From positions 47,318 to 111,317 of the IMG/VR virus record IMGVR_UViG_3300029305_002366: a stretch of DNA of 64,000 nucleotides; one strand, written 5' to 3'. Below the pieces are notes generated by a model, which made no database searches, was not told the DNA's origin, and saw nothing but the letters and a program-made list of their open reading frames with translations. The position numbers were made by a program, and so were the translations under genes. Shown piece by piece: positions 21,941-33,669 of this stretch (positions within the stretch are counted from its first letter, which is position 1; each line of letters starts with the position of its first letter). This DNA is from a virus. Its lineage: Duplodnaviria > Caudoviricetes.

Positions 21941-23095
21941 ATGGAAATGACGATTTTTATGAACCGTTTGGAAGAACTGCAAAAGCAGTTTAACAGGTTC
22001 GCAAAAAAAGCTAATGCAATAGGTCTGGAAACATCATTGACTATAGGTGAACCATACGTTAAGGAACTCACCATATACGGATATGATGAAATCGCACACG
22101 CTACAATTGACAAGGGAACTGCTCATGTTGATGTAGTAAATGTTAGTGTTGTGTTCCCTGACTATAAACTCGGAGAATATGACGTTATCGGAGTTATTGA
22201 CCATACATTTTCAACAAAGGAAAATGCAGTATATCCGTGTGGTGATTGGAGTATTCCCACAAAATACCGCAAAGGTCAAGGAATCTGCGAACATTGCAGA
22301 ACGAACCACAAGAGAAGCAAAACCGTTCTTCTCATGAACAAAAGCGGAGAATATAAACAGGTTGGAACATCCTGTCTTAAAGAGTACACGGGAATAACGG
22401 ATATCGGTTTATTATCTTGTTTTCGTGCATTGGATGCACTGTTTGAAGAATGCAATATTGATACAGGTATGTATACAGGCAGACCGTCAAGGAAAATTCC
22501 TATTGAGGATTATCTTGCCGCTTGTGTGCATTACGTTAAGTCCAATGGATATACAAAGTCATTGAAAAATGAAGCTATGGATGATATATCACATAGAGAC
22601 TTGACAAAATCGGATTTTGAAAAAGCACAGGAAATCCGTGAGTATTTTAAAAACGGAGAATTTACAGACGATTTTCTTCACAATATCCATATGCACATGA
22701 TGAAGGGATATACTGAGGAAGATGGTTTGCTTGCCTATGCTCCAATTGCATACGCAAAGGAAATGGAAAAGGCAAGAGCAAAAGCCGAAAAGGAAAAGGC
22801 TAATGCAATGATAGAATATTACGGAAATGTAGGTGAAAAGGTCAAGGGTATAGCAGTAACAGGAAAATGCCTGACTTCATATACGAACTGTTACGGAAGT
22901 TTCTACAATGCAGTAACAACTTTTGTGTATCAGTTTACAAGTGGAAATCATGTGTTTATCTGGAAAACCGCAAAGGATATTCCGCTGAATGATGACGGAA
23001 TTTTTAACGGAGTTATCAGCGGAACTATCAAGGAACATTCAGAATATAAAGGAACAAAACAAACTGTATTAACAAGAGTGAAAGTGATTGGATAA
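21941..23095 (+). CDS. hypothetical protein with CxxC zinc motif and probable C-terminal OB-like domain
   Basis: CEHC...QVGTSC; C-terminal GTIKEHSEYKGTKQTVLTRVK. Confidence 0.7.
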   Translation: MEMTIFMNRLEELQKQFNRFAKKANAIGLETSLTIGEPYVKELTIYGYDEIAHATIDKGTAHVDVVNVSVVFPDYKLGEYDVIGVIDHTFSTKENAVYPCGDWSIPTKYRKGQGICEHCRTNHKRSKTVLLMNKSGEYKQVGTSCLKEYTGITDIGLLSCFRALDALFEECNIDTGMYTGRPSRKIPIEDYLAACVHYVKSNGYTKSLKNEAMDDISHRDLTKSDFEKAQEIREYFKNGEFTDDFLHNIHMHMMKGYTEEDGLLAYAPIAYAKEMEKARAKAEKEKANAMIEYYGNVGEKVKGIAVTGKCLTSYTNCYGSFYNAVTTFVYQFTSGNHVFIWKTAKDIPLNDDGIFNGVISGTIKEHSEYKGTKQTVLTRVKVIG

Positions 23096-23298
23096 TTCCA
23101 GTCACTTTCACAAATATCAAGGAGGACTGATTATGTACATAAGTTATAGGGAATATCTGAAATCACGAGGATATAAAGATAGTACATGGGCTTATAAGTG
23201 GTGGAGAATTGACATTTTCCATCAGTCGGAAAGGGATGCAATAAAATTCATGTTGAAAAATTATCAATATAGGGACTTAAAGTAAAGGAGGAATAATC

Positions 23299-23787
23299 AT
23301 GTTAAAAACTTTATTTATGTGTTTTTCACTTCTTGCAGGTACACCACAACCTGCGGAGAATTACAATTCATGGATATCCCCTGAGATATCAGATATTATA
23401 GTTGACTATGTTATCAAGGGAGAATATCACGAACACGTTGATTTTAACGGTGATGGAGAATTAACTATAGCCGATGCCGTGGGAGTACGTAAACGGTACG
23501 AAGATAACTGTACATACGGAAACGAAATCACGCTTGACAAGGAAACTATTGTCGATATAGCGTGGGAAAATTACACAACTGAATATATGGAGCGTGAAGA
23601 TTTTGTGGATAATCTTATGCTCTATTATGAGATAGACTTTGTAAATGGAGAGCCGTGCAGACAGTATGAACTGACTGTATCGGAAATTACAACAGCGCAT
23701 ATCTATTATGAGTTTACGGATGATACAACAGGTTCAATTGACATTGAGATTAATCCGTTTGAGGAAACTGTAAGAGTTACGGATTAA
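23299..23787 (+). CDS. putative secreted protein with a single dockerin/EF-hand repeat
   Basis: hydrophobic N-terminus; VDFNGDGELTIADAVGV matches dockerin DxNxDGxxxxxD. Confidence 0.65.
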   Translation: MLKTLFMCFSLLAGTPQPAENYNSWISPEISDIIVDYVIKGEYHEHVDFNGDGELTIADAVGVRKRYEDNCTYGNEITLDKETIVDIAWENYTTEYMEREDFVDNLMLYYEIDFVNGEPCRQYELTVSEITTAHIYYEFTDDTTGSIDIEINPFEETVRVTD

Positions 23788-23814
23788 TTAAAACAAAAAT
23801 ATTTTAAAAAGCTA

Positions 23815-23843
23815 TTGACAGAGCAAATTGTATATGATATAAT
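23815..23843 (+). promoter_or_regulatory. early sigmaA promoter with operator-like motif
   Basis: TTGACA-GAGCAAATTGTATATGA-TATAAT; inverted copy at 23861-23874. Confidence 0.9.
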
Positions 23844-24571
23844 ATAATCACAGCAAAGATATACAATTTGCTCTATGATACATAAGGAGGATTATTATGA
23901 ATAAAGCGGAATTTCTTGCAATGGTTAAAAACCATATGCGCAACTTCAAAAACGAATGGTTAAACGGAACTTTTGAAGTTGACAGTCATACCATAGGTAT
24001 TAAACTTTATGGAAAGTCTATTCAGAATATGACTATTGATGGATTCAGTACAGGCGGTATGTGGGATATTCCTACACAGAAAAGGGTACTGGAAATCATA
24101 TCGGAAAAGATAGGAGGATAATATCATGGAACAGAAAATACTTGAATATTATGCGGAATGTTTAAAGGCAGAGGAAGAAGCTGAAAAGGCATACGATGAG
24201 GACAGAAGAAGCGTTCGGAAAAGAGAGCAGTATCAGTGGTGTTCTGCACAGGTCATGACATTGGAAGAACTTATGGATAAACTTGATATTGACTATGATG
24301 ATTTGGAGGATGATGAAGAATGAAAACAGCATATACTTTCGGAGTTATCGGAAAACTCCCTGACGGTTCATATGATTATGTTTCACAGGTAGGAACATAC
24401 ACAACGGATAAACCAAGGGATGAAGCTATTCTGGAAATAGCAAAACTGCTTCATCGTGCGCCCTGTGATGTATTTGTGGATGCAGAAAACGACTGCTTTT
24501 TTGACAAACCACAGGGACTTTACGGAGAATGGGAGGGATAAAGTTAAAACAAAAAAATATATAAAAACTAC

Positions 24572-24600
24572 TTGACAAAGAGTGAATTGTATGATATACT
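24572..24600 (+). promoter_or_regulatory. early sigmaA promoter with operator-like motif
   Basis: TTGACA-AAGAGTGAATTGTATGA-TATACT. Confidence 0.9.
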
Positions 24601-24653
24601 TAAACCATAGCAAAGAGATATACAATTCGCTCTTTGGAAACGGAGGAACATAT

Positions 24654-25124
24654 ATGAATTTTTTTAAAGAAGTCAAGACACTGGATGAACTGAAAAAATT
24701 ATATCACAAGTTGTGCAGGAAATATCATCCTGACATGGGCGGTGATGTGGAAACTATGCAGAAAATCAATAGCGAATACGATGAAATGATTAAGTATTTC
24801 GCTACTCACGGAAACAAAAAGGAAAAGGAAAAAGCTTCAAAAGAAGTCCCTGAGAAGTTCAGAGGGATAATTGAAAAGCTGATACACTTTTCGGATATCC
24901 GTATCGAGATAATAGGCGGTTGGATATGGCTTGACAACGTAGGAAAGTATCTTGTAAAAATCAAGTCAATGGGATTCCAATATAGCACAAAGCAGAAACG
25001 CTATTACTTAGCGGATGATGAAACGAAGGGAGGAAGGGCTTCAAGATATTCCATGAACAGAATCCGTGATATATACGGTTCACAGTTCGTGGACACCATA
25101 AAGGTAGCAACACTCACTTGCTGA
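24654..25124 (+). CDS. DnaJ (J-domain) protein
   Basis: LKKLYHKLCRKYHPDMGG...MQKINSEY; HPD motif; start at ATG 24654. Confidence 0.85.
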   Translation: MNFFKEVKTLDELKKLYHKLCRKYHPDMGGDVETMQKINSEYDEMIKYFATHGNKKEKEKASKEVPEKFRGIIEKLIHFSDIRIEIIGGWIWLDNVGKYLVKIKSMGFQYSTKQKRYYLADDETKGGRASRYSMNRIRDIYGSQFVDTIKVATLTC

Positions 25125-25197
25125 CAAACAATAGCCATGCGGATTTTATATTCGCATGGCATAGAGTAAAATGTATACAATTTAGGAGGAAAATATT

Positions 25198-26055
25198 ATG
25201 GCAAATATTACAACAGCACAGGTACAGAAGTACAACGAAAAAATGTCAAACAATTGGAAGTTTGACCTGAGACATTTCTATATGCACAGCGGAGAAAAAC
25301 AGCCTGTTAAGGTTATTAAGCTGAGTGATACTGAGTATATCGAAGCACAGCTTTGGTTCTCGGAAAAGTATCAGAACTTTAGACAGGTAGGACTGGAAAT
25401 CAATCTGCATATCAGTAAATTCAGTTCTTGTGGAAATGGTATGGCTTCATCTTCTGGACTGGGATTGTTTAGAACAATTCCATACAGCAAGACAAGAAAA
25501 TCCTTTGCGGATTTACAGAAGTTAACAAAGGTGATTGATGATAAATATATTATGGACATTTACAACAGCGGAGACAATGCGGAAAGATGTGCAGATAATA
25601 TCCTTCTTGACAAAGACGGATGGCATATCCACGAGGTGTGAGAACTTTTATAATAGGGCATTGGAAATTCCGATGCCCTGATATAAGGTTTTTAACCTAA
25701 ATCAAAGGAGGAAATTACTATGAATAAAATCAAATGCTTATCAGTAGAGGTTTACAAGTTTCCATTAGGAGACTGCACCAATGGTGGTGTATCTGGAAAA
25801 TACAGAGAACTTCTGATTCCGTGTGATGATGGAAATGAGAGTGTGGACTTAGATAATCCACCTGAGAATTTCTGTATCGTGGAAAAGCGTATACTTTGGG
25901 GAGAAAAACATTATTATATTGTCCCCTATAATCTTAAACAGTCTGGAAGATGGGTTATGATGGGCGGTAATTTCGCCTATACTTGCGACTCACGTTTTCA
26001 AGAATGTACGGAATCATGGAATCCATTACCGATTCATGATAGAGTGGAGGATTAA
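25198..26055 (+). CDS. two hypothetical early proteins (25198-25641, 25720-26055)
   Basis: GGAGG RBSs, co-oriented. Confidence 0.7.
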
Positions 26056-26092
26056 GAAGAATTAATTAAAATAAAAAAATAATAAAAAACAC

Positions 26093-26121
26093 TTGACAGA
26101 GTGAATTGTATATGGTATAAT
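26093..26121 (+). promoter_or_regulatory. early sigmaA promoter with operator-like motif
   Basis: TTGACA-GAGTGAATTGTATATGG-TATAAT. Confidence 0.9.
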
Positions 26122-26181
26122 AAAACCATAGCAAAGAGATACAATTCACTCTATGATACATAAGCATAAGGAGGAATCAAT

Positions 26182-26361
26182 ATGTCAAACATTTATAAGG
26201 AAAACGGATATGAAAATCGCAAGGAATATCTTGAAAGTCTTGCGGATGATTACGGAATTGACTACGGAACAGTTGCAATGCTTGCAAGTATGTTAGGAGC
26301 ATCAGAGGATTTTGACGGACTTATATCTGCACTGGAAGATTATGAGGACTTTGATTTTTAA
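26182..26361 (+). CDS. small acidic protein (59 aa, not in ORF track)
   Basis: AAGGAGG RBS; MSNIYKENGYENRKEYLESLADDYG...EDFDGLISALED. Confidence 0.7.
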   Translation: MSNIYKENGYENRKEYLESLADDYGIDYGTVAMLASMLGASEDFDGLISALEDYEDFDF

Positions 26362-27749
26362 GGAGGAAATAATATGTTACATCACGGACAGAAAATCACC
26401 TGCGAAGGACAGGTCTACACAAGTTCATACAATGGAGAACCCACAACAAATATTAATTATTCGGATATCTTTACGGAACTTATACAGGCGGCAGGAATGA
26501 CCTGCGAATACTACGCAAGCGATTTATATTATACTCTGACAGCGATAGAGAAAGTCGTTCAGAACTTTGAAAATGATGTGCTTTACATCGGAATCAGAGA
26601 CAGCGGAGTTGATGGAAACTCTTTCGTAAAATCAAGACTTGAAAACTCATCTACCTATGGAACAAATAACTACATCAAAATGTATCGTTTGGAAATCAAA
26701 TCATACAACGATTTACAGACAATGGAATTACGAAGGGTTTCTGAATTGGATGTACGAAGCGAATTAGGAATCAAGTAAAAATATATTCGGAGAGTGAATT
26801 GTATAACAGTTCACTCTCCATAAGGAGGAAACATATATGAACATCAACTTAATCTTAAATGACCTTGCAAATAAATCATGGACTCACAGCGCAGTATATT
26901 ATACAAGCGGATATTTAAAGGGATATATACAGGGTACAGTTGAGGTCTTTGATGAAGAATCTGAGACAGCTTATACAGCGGAATTTCTTTTCAGAGTACA
27001 TGACCCCGAAAACGGAAATGCTTTAAGAATGGTCAACTTTTCAGAGATACCAAAACCAGAAATTAAAAATAAGGTTGATGAAACATGGAAGCTTTTAAGC
27101 GAACAGCTTACGGAAGTTTCTCTTAAAGCGAATTTAAAAGGACTTTTAACAGCGGATATTCCACACCTTTACTCATTGCATCGTTTTGATATCAAACAGG
27201 ATGAGACAGGATTTTATTTCTACATTGGGGGCGCAAGTGGATATTCACTTGACAAGTGGACAATCCCTGATGCTATTGCTTATCATCATACACCAGAAGC
27301 AGAACTGGAAAGAGATATAGCAGACCGTGAAGCATGGGGATATTACGATTAAGGAGGATTAAATTATGCGTGAATCATTTGAAATTAAGGATAACAAACT
27401 AATAGTTACAAGTATATTTAACACAAGAGAATTTGAGATTGTAGAAAAAATTCCTAAAGGATTTTTTATATGGAATATCGGAAATAATATGATAACGGAT
27501 GAATACATTCCGTTATGTGAAAGAGTAAGACCAAATGACCCTGAGTGTTTCGACATTAATGCTAATACATTAAAGGCAATACATCTTGATAAAGAAACAG
27601 TATATTTTTTAAGGGATATTTCTCATTACGGATGCAATTCTCTTGAATCGTGTATAACGAAGATGCATGACAAGAATAGTTCAGATGAGGAAAAAGCAAA
27701 CGCTTATAAAGCATATAACATATTTATCAAGATAACGGAGGATTAAACT

Positions 27750-28280
27750 ATGGCACAGCGTAAACTTAAAGACTATATGGAAAAGTGTATGAGGATGCTT
27801 GATGAACTGAACATCCCATACTGTAAGGATATCAAGGAACTTTCCGTATCTCATGCGGAAAGAAGATGGGGACAGACCTCATGGAGACAGAGTGTAGGCA
27901 CAGGAGAAAGAACAGATTTTAAAATCAGCATATCTTACAAGCTGATTAATGAGAAATATACGCCCACAGATGAAGGACTTATGAATACCATGATTCATGA
28001 ATTGCTTCATACTTGTCCTGACTGTCACGGTCATGGTACACAGTGGAAAGCATATGCTAAGATGGTTTATGACCGCTACGGAATAGATATAAAGCGTTGC
28101 GGAAACGATAACGACAAGGGAGTAGATGAGAAAGAACAGGACGTTGTAAAGAAATTTACATACGTAATACAATGTGAAAAATGCGGTGCAAAAATCGGAA
28201 GATACCGTATGAGTAAAGTGATAGAACATCCACAGAATTTTCGCTGTAAATGCGGTGGAGAACTTAATAGGATAAAGTAA
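27750..28280 (+). CDS. SprT-like zinc metalloprotease
   Basis: HELLH motif, HG..WK, C-terminal CxxC...CxC zinc ribbon. Confidence 0.85.
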   Translation: MAQRKLKDYMEKCMRMLDELNIPYCKDIKELSVSHAERRWGQTSWRQSVGTGERTDFKISISYKLINEKYTPTDEGLMNTMIHELLHTCPDCHGHGTQWKAYAKMVYDRYGIDIKRCGNDNDKGVDEKEQDVVKKFTYVIQCEKCGAKIGRYRMSKVIEHPQNFRCKCGGELNRIK

Positions 28281-29122
28281 GGAGAAACATTATCATGAAG
28301 GAAATTGTAATAAAGGAATCCAATGCAGAAAAGATTATGTCTGCGCTGAATGTAATACAGGGCAGAGCAACGGAGAGAATCTTCTATAGTTATTACCAAA
28401 TAGAAGGTATCTGTAATGATGTGGAAAAACGATTAAATATTATTCCATCGAGGGGATTTAAGAAAGCTGTTGAGGGAACGGAATTTGTTTATGACTTCCG
28501 TCAGCACTTTCCAAACTGTTACAGATGGACACCATATTCTTCATGGATAAGATGTAGATATCATAAGGGAACATGGAGATTAGTTTCGTTTGGTAGAGAT
28601 ATCTGTCCTAATAAATATGGATATCCATATGAACTACGGCTGTCAGAGACAGCAAAAGAAGCTGTCTTAAAGGAGTATGAGTGATGTATAAGGAGTTAAA
28701 GGAAAAGCTGAGACAAGAAGCTATTGAATGGCAGAATACAATGTCAGAGTTTCAGTTAAGCTATGAAGAACTTACGGAAATGCAAAGGTACTTTGAACGC
28801 ATGGGAAAGAAATTCGGACTTCTCAAAGAGTTCAGAGAGAACGGAATTATATAACGGAGGTAAAACAATGGACACAAGAAAAGTCACAAAAGTAAAGGTT
28901 GCGTTGGAAGATATGTTTTATAATGGAAATCTTAAACGTTACAAAATGACACCATCAGAAGCCCATGAAGCATGGGATGCAATGGTAGGGATTCTGAATG
29001 ACGGAGAAACCAGAACTATCAGCGAACGTGTAAAGGACTTCTATGTTAAGTATGGGTTCAACGTTCGTGAGGAAGGAATCGGATGGGTTATTAAGTTAAA
29101 ATAAAAATATTTCAATTTGCTC

Positions 29123-29151
29123 TTGACAGAGTGAATTGTATATGGTATAAT
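29123..29151 (+). promoter_or_regulatory. early sigmaA promoter with operator-like motif
   Basis: same 29-bp core as the promoter at 26093. Confidence 0.9.
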
Positions 29152-29391
29152 AGAATCATGAAAGGAGGAATTAAATGTCAAAGTACAGCATAGTATTTAC
29201 AAAAGGAAACGAAGAAATCCTTGTTGGAGAATGTGATACTCTTGATAAGGCTAAAGAAGCTATCAAGGAGTTAAGCAAGGAAACAAGGTACAGGGATGGA
29301 CTTCTTACCATCGAAAAGGATGGAAGAATCTATTAAGGAAACGTCAAGCACATTTTGGAATAAGTTAAAAAATAAAAATTTCAAAATGTGC

Positions 29392-29420
29392 TTGACAAAG
29401 AGCAAATAATATAGTATAAT
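29392..29420 (+). promoter_or_regulatory. sigmaA promoter
   Basis: TTGACA-AAGAGCAAATAATATAG-TATAAT. Confidence 0.85.
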
Positions 29421-29486
29421 AAAACCATAGCAAAGGACAGCAAGTCCGAAAATAAAATTTAAAGTTAATTTAGGAGGAAATTTATT

Positions 29487-30506
29487 ATGACAAGAGCAGC
29501 TTTAAACTGGAACATCAATCAGGTGGTAAAGGGTATTACAAACGGAACAATTAGTTCTGACAATGCAATTCAGAGAGGTTTTGTATGGGACAAAAAGAGA
29601 GGTTCACTTCTCATTGATTCCGTACTCAGGGATATGCCTATTCCTGCAATCTACACAATCAAGACTAATGAGACAATCAAGGTCAAGAACAAGGAAGTTT
29701 CCGTGTATGACCTTATTGACGGAAAGCAGAGAACAACTACATTCGCAAGATTCTTAAACAACGAGTTTGCACTGGAAGGACTTGAACCATTCATCACTGA
29801 CGATGAGGAAGTTGATATCAATGGACTTACATTTGACGAACTTTCTGAGGAAATGCAGGACACTATAAAGTCATATGGACTTACAGTTTACTACTTCTCA
29901 GATATCACAGATGAGGAAATCGCTGATATGATGAGCAGACTTAATAACGGTAAGCCACTGACAGGTACGGAAAACGCTCGTATCAAGGCAAAACAGCTTG
30001 ATACTATTAAGGGAATAGCATCACATAAACTGCTTATGGATAATCTTTCTGCAACTGCCCTCAGAGGGTATGCAAATGAAGATATCATTATTAAGCTTGC
30101 ACTTCTCCTTAATGACCAGAGCGAACTTTCTTCAAAGAATGTACGTCAGGCATATGAGACATTCACATTTGGAGAAAACACAGTTAATGAAATCAATTCA
30201 ATTCTTGACTTCACATACCTTGCAATCGAAGCGGCTACAGATGATAAGAAGATTATCAAGCGTATCACTTCAAAGGCAAATCTCATAACTGTTCTGTATG
30301 TAGCAAAGCAGTTCATGGATGAAAGCGAAGAAGAATACGAAGATAAAATATCAATCTACGGAGATAAGCTGTCACAGTTCTTTGATGGAACAGATGGTGC
30401 TACAGTAAGTGCGGATTATAATGAAGCCTGCACTAACGGAACTATGAGAGCATCAAATGTAATCACAAGAAATGATGAACTTTACAAGTTCGTTATGGAA
30501 GGTTAA
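29487..30506 (+). CDS. DUF262 (ParB/Srx-like, GmrSD N-terminal type) domain protein
   Basis: QRGFVW, LIDGKQRTTT, RLNNGKPL motifs. Confidence 0.85.
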   Translation: MTRAALNWNINQVVKGITNGTISSDNAIQRGFVWDKKRGSLLIDSVLRDMPIPAIYTIKTNETIKVKNKEVSVYDLIDGKQRTTTFARFLNNEFALEGLEPFITDDEEVDINGLTFDELSEEMQDTIKSYGLTVYYFSDITDEEIADMMSRLNNGKPLTGTENARIKAKQLDTIKGIASHKLLMDNLSATALRGYANEDIIIKLALLLNDQSELSSKNVRQAYETFTFGENTVNEINSILDFTYLAIEAATDDKKIIKRITSKANLITVLYVAKQFMDESEEEYEDKISIYGDKLSQFFDGTDGATVSADYNEACTNGTMRASNVITRNDELYKFVMEG

Positions 30507-30576
30507 TAATCAATACGGATTCTCACCTGTGCTTTAATAGCATGGGTGAGAAAATACATAAAACACAAGGAGGAAA

Positions 30577-32897
30577 TTGTATATGTTCAATAATAGATTC
30601 AAGGGATATACCTATACGGAATATCAGAACGAGATGTGTGATAAGGCGATTGAAAGTAACGAGAACGCATTGGAACTTTATAAAAAAGCAAGGGATGGTA
30701 AACCAACATCGTCATCAATAGGATTCATGGGCTTGCCCTCATATGCTCCACAGCTTATCGGAATATCTGAACTGAATAGAAGAATAGAGAAAACCGAAAA
30801 GGCTATCGAATATCTCAGAGCAATAAGGAATAGCAATGGTCAGATAATTGAACCAACGTACAAGAGATATTGGGATAACGTGTATAACAGATAAGGAGTG
30901 TATATCATGAGAGATAGATTAATAACTAAGAGACAGAAGAATAAAAAAGTCATTGGATATATCAGGGAAATTGAACCTTATCCAGTTTACTCATGCAAGT
31001 ATTGTGGAAAGTCTTATGCTTTATTCGATGCAAAGGGAAATCTCATTGCAGAAGATATGAACTATAACAATCTTCATAAGAAGTTATATGAAATGTAAGG
31101 AGGAAGTCTATGACTGACCGTGAAAAATTAAACTGCATATTTGATTACTTAGATGCATTTCATGTGGATTTATGGAATGAATTTATTAACGGCAATGAAG
31201 TAACAAGACCTATTATTGATGCTAAAAAATCTGTTATAGATGAAATAATAGATTATATAGAACGTAAGACAGGTGAAACGGTGATATTTTGGTGAACAAT
31301 TAAAAGGAGGAAATACTATGACAGTAAAGGAATTTTTTGAAAAATTTGATAGCTTAATGAAATTTGATGTTAATCTGTATGAAGTCAACGAAAATGTAGA
31401 AATTGACATGACAGCCAGTCAAATTAAACGAGAGGATGGGCTTCACGAAGAATGGAAAAATGCAAGAGTTTATGACTGGACTGTATGCGATAGGCAATTT
31501 AATCTGAATGTTATAAAGTAAGGAGGTAGAATGATTATGGCAAGAGTAAAATATCTTACAGTTGCAAGGGGAGAAAGACTTCATATAGAAAATTATCCCA
31601 ACTTTCACAAGTCAGGCAGTATCAAAGGAATGAAAGAAAAATACTATGGAAAAAATGCTCTGCTTGTACAGTGTGGCAGTTATATCTATAAAGTTCCGCA
31701 GAGAATATATGATATGGCAAAGTGAGGTAAGATTATGAGTGATTTAAAAAGGTTCTTATGGCAGAGTAATGGTGACGGAACTTATCTTGTCACTGATAGA
31801 ATGACAGGTAAGGAGTATGGAGTATCTAAAACAATAGGTGGAAAGTTTCACATAGACGGATGTACAAAGACGATGACAAATTATTACGGTCAGGAAACAC
31901 CATACTTTTTTAAGAATAAGTTTGAGGTAATGGAATATTTAAAGGAGGAAAAGTAAAATGGAAGAACGTATGAATCTTTATGATTGGTTAAAGGAAAAGG
32001 ATAATGACTATGATACATACGATACCGTATATGATATATGCGTGACAGTATGTGTTCCGTATGAGGGATTGTCTCCTGAGTGGTATGATAAATTTAGTGA
32101 CTTCGTTCTAAAACACGTTGATGTTATTGAGGAAACAAGTGATTATGAATGTATCGCTGACTGGAATAAGTTCATAGAGGACAACGCAGAAACATTTAAA
32201 AAGATAACAGAAGAATCATGGAGTTATATGCCTGATGATGAGGACTTCAATTATGAATGGATAAACGAAATTGACAAACTTCTTGCAGACTATGGCTCAG
32301 AAAAGACATATCATTATCTCATGGATATGTTTACAAAGAACACAAGGGAGGATTAAGTATGATGAGCTTTTACGAAAAGATGTTTGAGGTACACAAAGAA
32401 TTAGCTGTTAAGAAAATGTGTCACGGATGTATTTATTTGGTAAAACGTAAGGGCAATTATGGTTCACACATAAAAACCTGTGGAAAAATGGCTCAGAATA
32501 TTATATGGGATAAAGAGAATTGTCCTATGTTCTATCCATTACATCCGCATCTTTTGGATAACGATTATACTTTTGAGAAATTTTTAGAAGATATAAAGGA
32601 GGATTAAGTATGACTACACAGGATATAAACTGGACAATCAGGTTCGCAAGACTTTTCAAGGGACATATACTTGCCCTTGATATTGTGGAGTATTTAATAA
32701 ACAATAATGGAGAATACGTTGGCAGTTACTATACCTTTGCAGAGGAATTGCGAGGGGATAGAAATGCCGCAAGTAATGTCAGAGCCGCTTGTATATGGCT
32801 AAAGAGCAAGGGAATAGCTTACGCACAGTCTACTAAGGGAAAAGACGATTACAATACAATAATCGTTATGGATGCAAATTGGAGGAATAATATCTAA
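30577..32897 (+). CDS. run of small hypothetical early ORFs
   Basis: nine co-oriented ORFs of 61-132 aa with RBSs. Confidence 0.65.
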
Positions 32898-33421
32898 TGT
32901 TAAAGAAGTTTGAAAAGATAATTAATAAGGTTATCAATCCAAAGCATGAGCAGACAAAGAAGTTGGTATTCAAGGACGGATTCTATTATGCTACAGACGG
33001 ATTCAGAGTAGTTCAATTTGGAGTCGAAAATGTAATAGCAGACGCTCCTGTTTTTGAGGAAGGCGAAAATCAATACAATTGTAAGAGAGAGTACGAACAA
33101 GCAAACGAAATTGATTATGATTCATTGGAAATTCCCTATACTATAGAGCAGATAAAAGCATGGGTAAAGGAAACTAAAAAGACTCACAAAGGACTGAGAG
33201 TTCCGTTTAAGTTAGGAACAACAACAGATAGAATATGGATAGGTATTAATCCTAAGTTCCTTATAGATGCTATGGAAACAACAAAATCAAATATATTATT
33301 TGTGCCACATAAGGGAAAAAGATTATTGATGCAAGGCAATGGCTTCGCATGGCTTATAATGCCTGTTATGTTACAGGGATATGAAAGTGATAAACATATG
33401 ACAGAGATTCCAATTGAGTGA
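32897..33421 (+). CDS. beta-clamp-fragment-like protein
   Basis: YATDGFRV and IGINPKFLIDAM...LIMPV resemble DnaN segments. Confidence 0.45.
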   Translation: MLKKFEKIINKVINPKHEQTKKLVFKDGFYYATDGFRVVQFGVENVIADAPVFEEGENQYNCKREYEQANEIDYDSLEIPYTIEQIKAWVKETKKTHKGLRVPFKLGTTTDRIWIGINPKFLIDAMETTKSNILFVPHKGKRLLMQGNGFAWLIMPVMLQGYESDKHMTEIPIE

Positions 33422-33669
33422 GGTGTAATATTATGATTATGAAATATGTATATCTTCAAAAGAAATGGGATGGATGTGCAAATAACATATGGCTAACTGT
33501 AGACTACACAGGAAAGACATACGTAAAATCTATTACTCCCTTTTGTGATACAAGTAGACCATACGTATATGAGTTAATACGCAAATCGGATATCGAAAAG
33601 ATGATAGAAGAACTTACAAGAGTAGGTTTTGTGGAAATTAAATCTTAATCAAATGGAGGAAATTATATA

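Noticed and set aside
23815-29440. Recurrent ~30-60 bp repeats as a CRISPR array
   Set aside because: They are promoter/operator cassettes separated by whole genes, with no regular spacers and no cas genes.
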